A stretch of DNA of 64,000 nt, taken from NCBI GenBank assembly GCA_017435965.1, contig JAFSEA010000046.1:2974-66973 (forward strand). Direction: 5' to 3'. The notes beneath the pieces were generated by a model. That model was not told the origin of the DNA. It did not search any database and was given only the letters and a program-made list of their open reading frames with translations. The stretch comes from Oscillospiraceae bacterium (GTDB lineage Bacteria; Bacillota; Clostridia; Oscillospirales; JAAYXM01). A program made the translations under genes and the position numbers. This document shows, piece by piece, positions 18,017 through 26,600 of the stretch (the first letter of the stretch is position 1; each line of letters starts with the position of its first letter).

Positions 18017-19279
18017 ATGAAAGCTATTGATGTTATCCTGATAGGTGCAGGCATCCGTGGACGGGGATATACAGAATATATGACAGACGGCAAATTTCGT
18101 GTTGTCGCCGTTGCAGACCCCGAAAAGGCGTGCCGTGACTATATAAAAAACAAGCATAATATCCCCGATGATATGTGCTTTGGCGGTTGGGAAGAAATTC
18201 TGGCTCTTCCGAAGTTTGCCGATGTTGCGGTAATTGCAACATCGGATAAAATGCATTATGAGCCGGCAATGAAGGCAATAGAGCTTGGATATAATCTTCT
18301 GCTCGAAAAACCGGTCGCACCCACATACCGTGAATGTCAGGACATTGCCGATGCGGCAAAGGCGAAGAATGTTAAAGTTCTTGTGTGCCACGTTCTCCGC
18401 TACACGGCGTTTTTCAGAAAGATAAAAGACCTTATCAATGAAGGAAAGCTTGGCAAGGTGATTTCTGTTCATCACAGCGAATGTGTGGGAAATATTCATC
18501 AGAGCCACAGTTATGTCCGCGGCAACTGGAACAATACCGAAGAAAGCTCAAATATGCTTCTTGCAAAGTCCTGCCACGATATTGATATTATGCAATGGCT
18601 TGTGGGAAGTCGTGCAAAGAAGGTTTCGTCCTTTGGCTCTCTTTCGTATTTCTGCCGTGACAATGCACCGGATGGCGCACCCAACTATTGCATAGAGGGT
18701 TGTCCCTATGGTGAGACCTGCTATTATAACGCAGTTAAGCTCTATCTTGAGGATGAAGAAAACGACTGGTTCCGTGGTGCGGCAACGAAAAAAGTCAATG
18801 CGACAAACGAAGAAGTTGAAAAAGCACTTCGCACAACACAATACGGAAAATGTATATTCAAATGCAATAACGATGTGGTTGACCATCAGGTTGTAAATAT
18901 TGAATATGAAAACGGAGCTGTTGCTTCATTTAATATGTGTGCTTTCAATGCAGGCGGAAGATACATCCGTGTTATGGGTACAGACGGTGAGCTTTATGGG
19001 GATATGGAAAGTGATGAAATTGATTATTTCAGCTTCAAAACCCGTGAGCACACGGTCATAAATCCTATGGGAAGAGCAATCAGCGGCGAGATCGTAGGCG
19101 GCCACGGCGGCGGTGACGACGGAATCGTTGAGATTCTCTATAAATATATAGCCGAAGATTATGAGGGCGATATGCTCAGCGAAATCGGAATATCGGTTTC
19201 AAACCACGCAACGGTATTTGCCGCAGAAAAGGCACGTCTTGAAAATTACGTTGTTGAAATGAAGGATTTCAATGGCTGA
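18017..19279 (+). CDS. Gfo/Idh/MocA family NAD(P)-dependent oxidoreductase
   Basis: N-terminal Rossmann motif VILIGAGIRGRGY and the family EKP motif (LLLEKPVAP). The ~420-aa length includes a C-terminal alpha/beta domain. RBS GGAGAAG. Confidence 0.85.
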   Translation: MKAIDVILIGAGIRGRGYTEYMTDGKFRVVAVADPEKACRDYIKNKHNIPDDMCFGGWEEILALPKFADVAVIATSDKMHYEPAMKAIELGYNLLLEKPVAPTYRECQDIADAAKAKNVKVLVCHVLRYTAFFRKIKDLINEGKLGKVISVHHSECVGNIHQSHSYVRGNWNNTEESSNMLLAKSCHDIDIMQWLVGSRAKKVSSFGSLSYFCRDNAPDGAPNYCIEGCPYGETCYYNAVKLYLEDEENDWFRGAATKKVNATNEEVEKALRTTQYGKCIFKCNNDVVDHQVVNIEYENGAVASFNMCAFNAGGRYIRVMGTDGELYGDMESDEIDYFSFKTREHTVINPMGRAISGEIVGGHGGGDDGIVEILYKYIAEDYEGDMLSEIGISVSNHATVFAAEKARLENYVVEMKDFNG

Positions 19280-19294
19280 ACGGAGTGAGTTCCG

Positions 19295-20161
19295 ATGAAA
19301 TATGAAGAATACATAAATAAGCTCGGCTTTACGGATGAAGAGCTTATGATAATTTCGGATGTGAATAAAAAATGCCGTGAGTATTTCCCGGAAGAGCTTT
19401 CTTTCGCACGGACGGCATATGACAAAGGTGAGGAGGGCTTTGCCGAATACCTTTCTGAATTTTCCGAAAAATCCGATATCCCCCTCAATACCCTCACGCT
19501 TTATATATATCTTCGTTTGCTTGAAGATACATATAAGCAATATGAGAAGATGGGAATAGACAAGAGTGTATTCCTTGCCACAATGGAAGACTTTTCCGTG
19601 GTGAGCCGTCTTCCGCTGTATACCGATGAGCCCTTCGGCATCTCAAAAGAGGTTTTTCTTCCTTGGCTTCGGAGAAATGTTGATTGCACAATCTACCGCA
19701 TCGGAAATCTTGAATTTGAGATTATGGATGCGCTGTGCGATATGGAGATTGATGGGAGAAGCATTAAAGAGGGAGAAAAGTGTATCGCGGTTCATATCCC
19801 CCGAAAAGTTGATTTTAATGAGGAGCTTTGCGAGGATTCATACAGACGTGCAAGGGAGTTTTTCAAAAAGTATTACGGTATGGAAAATATGATCTTTATG
19901 TGTTGGTCGTGGCTTCTCTATCCGTGGCTTTGTGAAGTTCTTCCCGAAAAATCTTCCATAGTGAAATTCCAAAAGAAGTTCAAAATCATAAAGCTTTATG
20001 AAGACAACTGCGGACTTTACTCACTGTTTGAAGGATGTCTCGGCAAGGACGGAAAAGCACCCATAGAAGACCTTCCCGAAAATACTTCTCTGCGTCGTGC
20101 GGCAAAAAAGAGACTTTCGGAGGGAGGAAATCTCGGCAGGGGTCTCGGAATCAGGTTGTAG
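19295..20161 (+). CDS. Uncharacterised protein resembling NAT_N (DUF5596)/GNAT_C acyltransferase-like family
   Basis: Motifs recalled for that family are present: RIGNLEFE, VHIPRKVDF and MCWSWLLYPWL. Lies 15 nt downstream of the oxidoreductase. The assignment is from memory only. Confidence 0.45.
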   Translation: MKYEEYINKLGFTDEELMIISDVNKKCREYFPEELSFARTAYDKGEEGFAEYLSEFSEKSDIPLNTLTLYIYLRLLEDTYKQYEKMGIDKSVFLATMEDFSVVSRLPLYTDEPFGISKEVFLPWLRRNVDCTIYRIGNLEFEIMDALCDMEIDGRSIKEGEKCIAVHIPRKVDFNEELCEDSYRRAREFFKKYYGMENMIFMCWSWLLYPWLCEVLPEKSSIVKFQKKFKIIKLYEDNCGLYSLFEGCLGKDGKAPIEDLPENTSLRRAAKKRLSEGGNLGRGLGIRL

Positions 20162-20228
20162 ACGGAAATATCCGTTTTTAAAACGGTTTGATATATAAGC
20201 GACTATTATATTTTATGGAGGAGAAATT

Positions 20229-22847
20229 ATGAAAAGATTTATCTCAACATTACTTGTTTTATGTTTGCTTTTCGGCTTTGTGCCTGTAATGGGTGCAAGT
20301 GCAAGCGAGGCAGAAGCTTCAAAAAGCGGAATAACCATAGTTTTTGACTATGCATCACAGTTTCCGATAAAAACCGGCAACGATGCGGCATCGGTTGAAG
20401 CAATGGAGAAATTTACCTTTGATACTTCCCACGGTATCTGGGCTTATGCCGCATATTGGGGCGGCGATGTGCGTTTCAGAAACAAGAGCACCATTCAGCT
20501 CAATTCAAACAATTACTGGGTTGCAATGGAAGTGTATGTTCCCAAAAGCGGATTATATAATATGGAACAGAAATATAATACGTATTCGGGAAGCGGAACT
20601 CTTGAGGTGTATGTAATCCCGAAGGGGGATAACACGACTTACAGCGATTCGCTTATAAACGGTGTTTCGCCCACGCTTTCACAGAGCTGTGACGGTGCAA
20701 ACGGCAACTTTATTGCCCTTGCAGATCCGGCAATAGTGGAAAACGTATATTTTGATGCAGGATATTACTACATAGTCTATAAGGCAAACGGCGGAAGAGC
20801 GATCTTCGGAAACCTCACCCTCAATGGCGGTACGGGAAAAGCTGTTACGGAGATAACATCCGTTTCTGCACCTTCTGAAGTAAAGTCGGGAGCAACCGGT
20901 ACGGTCACAGCCGAGGTTTATTATAGTGATTTAACCTCCGGCAGCGCAGCTGCAGGTGACGTTACATTTGAAAGCAATTCCCCCGATGTTATTGAGATTG
21001 ATGCAACAACAGGTGCATATGTTGCAAAAGCAGGCGGTGTTGCAACCGTTACCGTAAAGTCGGGACTTAAAAGCAAGAGCGTGGAAATAGCTGTTGAAGA
21101 AGTTGAGAAGAGCGGAATAAGTGCAGTTTACAATTGGGGAACGCAGATGAAAACTTCTCCGGAAAATGATCCGGTTCCCCTTAAGGATGCTACTTTCTTA
21201 TCTCAGTTTACATTTGGCAATTCCCATAATTTGTGGGAATACGAAAATCAGCAGTCGTGGTCTACAGTCACATGGAGAGCCGGTAATTTCATCCAGTTCA
21301 ACAGAAGCGGCGGCGGTCTCTGGATGGCATTTGAAATATATGTGCCGAAAAAAGGCATATATACACTTGAACAGAAATACGCACAATTTGGCGGAAGCCA
21401 GTCGGATATCAATGTATATATGTTCCCGAAGACAAGCGGAGTCGCATTTGCACAGAGCGATATGACAGCTGACAGAAAAGTGCTTACCCTTGATTGTAAG
21501 GGTGCAGCCGGTACAGGTCTCCTCGCTCAGTCTCCGGCGAAGAAAGACGTGGAGCTTTCGGAGGGCTATTATTATGTTGCTTATCAGCAGGTAAAAACTG
21601 CCGACGGCACAAACGTCGCTCTCTTTGGTGATCTTACCCTCAACGGCGGAACGGGAAAGGTTGTTACGGAAATAGCATCGGTTTCTGCACCTTCCGAGGT
21701 AAAATCGGGAGCTACAGGTGCTGTCACAGCCGAGGTTTACTATAGTGATCTGACCTCCGGCAGCGCAGCTGCAGGTGATGTTACATTTGAAAGCAATGCC
21801 TCCGATGTTCTTGAGATTGATGCAACAACAGGTGCATACACAGCAAAGGGTGCAGGTGTTGCAACCGTTACGGCGAAGGCTTCTCTTTCAAGCAAAAGCG
21901 CGGAAGTAACGGTTAAGGATACCGCCATGGAAGATGCTTTTGAAGTTACGGTAACTCCTGCAACGGGATATGTTGAATCAACCGTAGCGGGACTTACAGA
22001 CGACAGCACAATTGAGGCGGAAAAGAACTCTGACGGAACATTCACTCTCACAGCCCCAGGAACCAAGGAAAACGCAAAGTTCCTCTACTGGGCAAAGGGA
22101 ATGAGCAGGGATAAGAAGATTATTTCCTTCTCTGCCACACTTTCAGACTATATGCCCGAAGAAAACGGAAAGAATTATCTCATCGCAGTATATGAAGGCG
22201 ATATTTCCGACACAGCGGAATATTACAATGCAAACGGTCAGCGTATTGCAACGGGAACAGAGCCGGCACTTCCTTCAATGGCAGGCTATGGCATATCAAC
22301 AGGTTGGGACAGATACGAAGATACAAATATTTATGTTGCACACTATGACCTCGCAGAGCCTCAAAAGAATATCAATATAACCGTAACCGGCGGTGAGGGA
22401 ACAGGTGTATATGCATACGGTGATACCGTAAACTGCATCGCAACGGGAGAAGGTACTTTCAAGTGCTGGACAAAAACACTTGATGACAATACAACCGAAA
22501 TTGTAAGCGCAGACAGAGAATACAGCTTCAAGGCTTGGGAAAGCTGTACTGTAACTGCAGTATACGGAGAGAACAATTACAGCGGAAGCACGAGAAAGAT
22601 TGTTATAGACAGCTTCTTTGCAGGAAATACACCTGCAGTTATGGCTGAGTTTATCGGCTTTGGAAACAATGTTGTTGAAAAGGGTATTATGTTTGGCGAA
22701 ACAAGAATTGCCATGACAACACCCGGCAATCAGTTTACCGTAACAGGTAGCGCAGGCGAAACTTTCAAGGGTTATGCAATAGTTAAAAACGACACAGAGT
22801 ACAGCCTCATTGTTGATGGTGAGGTAACACTTTCAGACGCAGAATAA
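20229..22847 (+). CDS. Secreted anchorless protein D: 2 unassigned modules + 2 Big_2 domains + C-terminal repeat region (no catalytic core, no SLH)
   Basis: Signal peptide MKRFISTLLVLCLLFGFVPVMGASA. The modules resemble those of protein C. The C-terminal ~300 aa contain F.YW/F.CW motifs reminiscent of Listeria-Bacteroides/InlB B-type repeats. Confidence 0.85.
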   Translation: MKRFISTLLVLCLLFGFVPVMGASASEAEASKSGITIVFDYASQFPIKTGNDAASVEAMEKFTFDTSHGIWAYAAYWGGDVRFRNKSTIQLNSNNYWVAMEVYVPKSGLYNMEQKYNTYSGSGTLEVYVIPKGDNTTYSDSLINGVSPTLSQSCDGANGNFIALADPAIVENVYFDAGYYYIVYKANGGRAIFGNLTLNGGTGKAVTEITSVSAPSEVKSGATGTVTAEVYYSDLTSGSAAAGDVTFESNSPDVIEIDATTGAYVAKAGGVATVTVKSGLKSKSVEIAVEEVEKSGISAVYNWGTQMKTSPENDPVPLKDATFLSQFTFGNSHNLWEYENQQSWSTVTWRAGNFIQFNRSGGGLWMAFEIYVPKKGIYTLEQKYAQFGGSQSDINVYMFPKTSGVAFAQSDMTADRKVLTLDCKGAAGTGLLAQSPAKKDVELSEGYYYVAYQQVKTADGTNVALFGDLTLNGGTGKVVTEIASVSAPSEVKSGATGAVTAEVYYSDLTSGSAAAGDVTFESNASDVLEIDATTGAYTAKGAGVATVTAKASLSSKSAEVTVKDTAMEDAFEVTVTPATGYVESTVAGLTDDSTIEAEKNSDGTFTLTAPGTKENAKFLYWAKGMSRDKKIISFSATLSDYMPEENGKNYLIAVYEGDISDTAEYYNANGQRIATGTEPALPSMAGYGISTGWDRYEDTNIYVAHYDLAEPQKNINITVTGGEGTGVYAYGDTVNCIATGEGTFKCWTKTLDDNTTEIVSADREYSFKAWESCTVTAVYGENNYSGSTRKIVIDSFFAGNTPAVMAEFIGFGNNVVEKGIMFGETRIAMTTPGNQFTVTGSAGETFKGYAIVKNDTEYSLIVDGEVTLSDAE
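20322..21650 (+). repeat. Module-Big_2-module unit homologous to the tandem array in protein C
   Basis: Type-2 module (FTFDTSHGIWAYAAY...FGNLTLNGG), then Big_2, then type-1 module (YNWGTQM...FTFGNSHNLWEYENQQSW...FGDLTLNGG). Includes an 87-nt block (20465-20551) that is almost identical to 25482-25568. Confidence 0.8.
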
Positions 22848-22856
22848 TTTGTATAA

Positions 22857-22884
22857 GTAGCGGAGGGGTTACTCCCTCCGCTAC
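22857..22884 (+). terminator. Stem-loop after protein D (GTAGCGGAGGG / CCCTCCGCTAC)
   Basis: Perfect 11-bp stem with a 6-nt loop, 10 nt after the stop. It is followed by an A-run rather than a T-run, so it is an atypical terminator. Confidence 0.4.
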
Positions 22885-22928
22885 AGCAAAAAAAGGGATA
22901 TGGGAATATAGCGAAACGGAGAAGAGTT

Positions 22929-23564
22929 ATGAACAGATTTGAGCACAGAGAGGAAAAGTGGGCATTTCCGTTTGTGGAGTATTCAGGCGGAAATGAGGAC
23001 AAAAAGCGACCGCTTATTATCCAGCTTCACGGTGCAGGAGAAAGAGGCTCGGGCGGCGAAGACCTTGAAATAGTTGAAACCTATGGTTTTTCGGAGGTCA
23101 TCCGTGATATAGAAAAAGACCTTGTGGTTGTGATGCCTCAATGCCCAGAGGATACATTCTGGGCGGCGAGGGTTGAATCCATAATCCGTTTTGCAGAGCA
23201 GATAATCAAGGAATATAACATTGATGAAGACAGAGTTTATTTAACGGGACTCAGTATGGGAGGCTACGGAACGTGGTTTACGGCGATGGCACGTCCAGAT
23301 ATGTTTGCGGCGATTGCTCCCGTTTGCGGAGGAGGAATGGCGTGGAATGCAAATGTTCTGAAAATGCCGGTATGGGCATTCCACGGTGCCGATGACATTA
23401 CCGTAAGTCCCACCCAGACAGACGAAATGATTGCAAAGCTCCGTGAGTTTAATGAGGATGTGAAATATACAAGACCTTGCGGTGTCGGTCATAACATATC
23501 CGAAACCTCATATGATGCAGAGCTTCTTGAATGGCTTCTTGAGAAAAGAAGAAACCGCGATTAG
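22929..23564 (+). CDS. Alpha/beta-hydrolase esterase (carboxylesterase/CE1- or S9-like), no signal peptide
   Basis: Contains LIIQLHGAGERGSGG, the nucleophile elbow GLSMGG, and the acid and His motifs HGADD and GVGHN. 211 aa with no N-terminal hydrophobic leader. Confidence 0.75.
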   Translation: MNRFEHREEKWAFPFVEYSGGNEDKKRPLIIQLHGAGERGSGGEDLEIVETYGFSEVIRDIEKDLVVVMPQCPEDTFWAARVESIIRFAEQIIKEYNIDEDRVYLTGLSMGGYGTWFTAMARPDMFAAIAPVCGGGMAWNANVLKMPVWAFHGADDITVSPTQTDEMIAKLREFNEDVKYTRPCGVGHNISETSYDAELLEWLLEKRRNRD

Positions 23565-23636
23565 AATTTTGAAAATAATGTTGTCGATGTTTTTAAGACG
23601 ATTTATGATATAAACGATTTTTATGGAGGAGAAATT

Positions 23637-26600
23637 ATGAAAAGATTTATCTCAACATTGCTCGTTTTATGTATGGTCTGCAGTTTTGTGCCCACAATAG
23701 GTGCAGAACCGGCAGAAGCTTCAAAAAGCGGAATAAGCGTAGTTTATGACTGGGGAACGCAGATGAAAACAGAAACGGAAAACGATCCGGCTCCTCTCAA
23801 GGATGCTGCTTTCCTATCGCAGTTTACATTTGACAGTTCCCATAATTTATGGAAATATGACAGCCAACAGTCCTGGTCTACCGTAACATGGAGATACGGC
23901 AATTACGTTCAGTTCAACAGAAGCGGTGGCGGTCTCTGGATGGTTTTTGAAATTTATGTGCCGAAAACCGGTATGTATACACTTGAACAGAAGTATGCAA
24001 AATTCGGAGGAAGTCAGTCGGATATCAATGTATATATGATTCCGAAAGAAAACGGAGCCGCTTTCACAACAGCCGATATGAAAGATGCCAATAAAGTTCT
24101 CACCCTTGACTGCAAAGGCACAAGCGGCGGCATTGTCGGAGATATTGCAACGACAGATAAAGAACTTTCATCGGGTTATTACTATGTAGCTTATCTGCAG
24201 GTAAAAACTGCCGATGGCACAAATGTTGCACTCTTTGGTGACCTCACCCTTAACGGCGGTGAGGGTAAAGCCGTTACGGAAATAACATCCGTTTCTGCAC
24301 CGGCCGAAGTGAAGGTGGGAGCAACGGGAAGTGTGACAGCCGAGGTTTATTATAGTGATCTGACCTCCGGCAGCGCAACTGCCGGTGATGTTACATATGA
24401 AAGTGACAATACCGATGTTCTTGAAATCAACGAAGCAACAGGTGCATATACTGCCAAAGCTTCGGGCGTTGCAACCGTTACCGCAAAGTCGGGCATTCTC
24501 CAAAAGAGCATTGAAATAACTGTGGGTGATGTTGAAAGAAGCGGAATAAGCGCAGTTTATGACTGGGGAAAGCAGATGAATCCGGGATCGGACAATGGTT
24601 CTCTCAAGGACACTACCTTCTTGTCACAATTTACCTTTGACCGTTCACACAATTTGTGGAAATATGACAGTCAGCAGTCATGGGCAACGGTCACATGGCG
24701 ATACGGTGATTATGTTCAGTTCAACAGAGGCGGTGGCGGTCTCTGGATGGTCTTTGAAATATATGTACCCAAGAAAGGTGCATATACACTCCGGCAGAAA
24801 TATGCAAAGTTTGGCGGAAGTCAGTCGGATATCAATGTGTATATGATTCCGAAAGAAAACGGAGCCGCTTTCACAACAGCCGATATGAAAGATGCCAATA
24901 AAGTTCTCACCCTTGATTGTAAAGGCACAAGCGGCGGCATTACGGGAGATACTGAAACAACAGTCAAAGAGCTTCGGGAAGGCAATTATTATGTAGCCTA
25001 TCTGCAGGTGAAAACTGCCGATGGCACAAACGTTGCCCTCTTTGGGGATCTTACCCTCAACGGAGGTTCGGGAAAAGTTGCGACATCAATAAACTCCGTA
25101 TCCATACCGTCGGATGTGAGAATGGGAACTACGGGAACTGCAACAGCCGAGGTCTATTACAGCGACCTTACTTCGGGACCTGGAGACAATGTTACATTTG
25201 AGAGCAGCGCTCCCGATGTTCTTGAAATCAATGCAACAACAGGTGCATACACAGCAAAGGCAGGCGGCGTTGCCACCGTTACCGCAACTGTTGGCAACAT
25301 AAGCAAAAGCATTGAAGTAAAAGTAGGAAATGTTGAAAAAAGCGGAATAAGCGTTGTTTATAATTATTCGGCACAGATGCCCCTGAGAACGGGAAACGAC
25401 ACGGCGAGCGTTTCGGATATGGAAAAGTTCACCTTTGATTCCTCTCACGGACTCTGGGCTTATGCCGCATATTCCGGAAGCGATGTGCGTTTCAGAAACA
25501 AGAGCACCATTCAGCTCAATTCAAACAATTATTGGGTTGCAATGGAAGGCTATGTTCCCAAAAGCGGAGCATATAACATCGAGCAGAAATACAGTACATA
25601 TCCTGGAAGCGGAACTCTTGATGTGTATATAATTCCAAAGGGTGATAACACTTCATACAATGCATCGCTCATAAACGGTGTTTCGCCCACACTTTCACAG
25701 AACTGTGACGGTGAAAACGGAAACTTTGTTGCACTTTCTACACCTGCAATAAAGGAAAACGTATATCTTGATGCAGGATATTATTATATAGTTTATAAAT
25801 CAAACGGCGGAAGGGCAATATTCGGAAACCTCACCCTCAACGGCGGCGAAGGACGTGAGCTTGTTGATTTTGAAGTCGTAAAGCCCGATTTTATCGCCGA
25901 GGGAGAAGCGGGAGAAGTCTCTGTTGTTGCTTATTACAGCGATGCAACAAGCGAAAACTACGCAGGTGAAGTATCGTATGCAACGGAAGACGGAGACATT
26001 CTGAATATTGACGAAAACGGTGCATATGAGGCAATTTCTTCGGGAACTGCCGTTGTAACCGTAGAAGTCGGCGGACTTAAAAAGGATGTCACCTTTGATA
26101 TAAGAGGAAAGAGCGGAATAACTGTAATCTATGATTATGCAAAAGAGTTGCCGCTTTCAAGCTCAAGACAAACAACAGAGTTTGACCTTGGACTTTTCTC
26201 CTTTGAAAACTCAAAGGGACTCTGGGCATATGCAGGACATAACGGAGGCGATATACGCTTCAGAAACGGCAAAATATTCCAGCTTGCCGAAAAGAATTAT
26301 TGGTTTGTAATGGAAATATATGTTCCGAAGAGTGGTATGTATAATCTTGAGCAGGAATATACCACATATCCGGGCAGCGGAACATTGGATGTATATGTGC
26401 TTCCGAAGGGTGAAAATACTTCCTACAGCGACACACTTATAAAGGAAAAAGCCCCCACCTTCTCACAGAGCTGTGAGGGAGCTGACAAAGCATTCACAGC
26501 CCTTTCTGAACCGTCAATAAAGGAAAATGTGTATTTCGACAACGGATATTATTATATAGTTTATAAATCAAACGGCGGCAGAGCAATGTTCGGAAACCTC

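Noticed and set aside
15152-18508. Long antisense or overlapping ORFs in the track (15152-15817, 16072-16323, 17744-18508)
   Set aside because: Each lies opposite or overlapping a well-supported gene (SBP, AraC, oxidoreductase). They lack RBS and recognisable motifs, and their Cys/Phe/Ile-rich translations look like frame artefacts.
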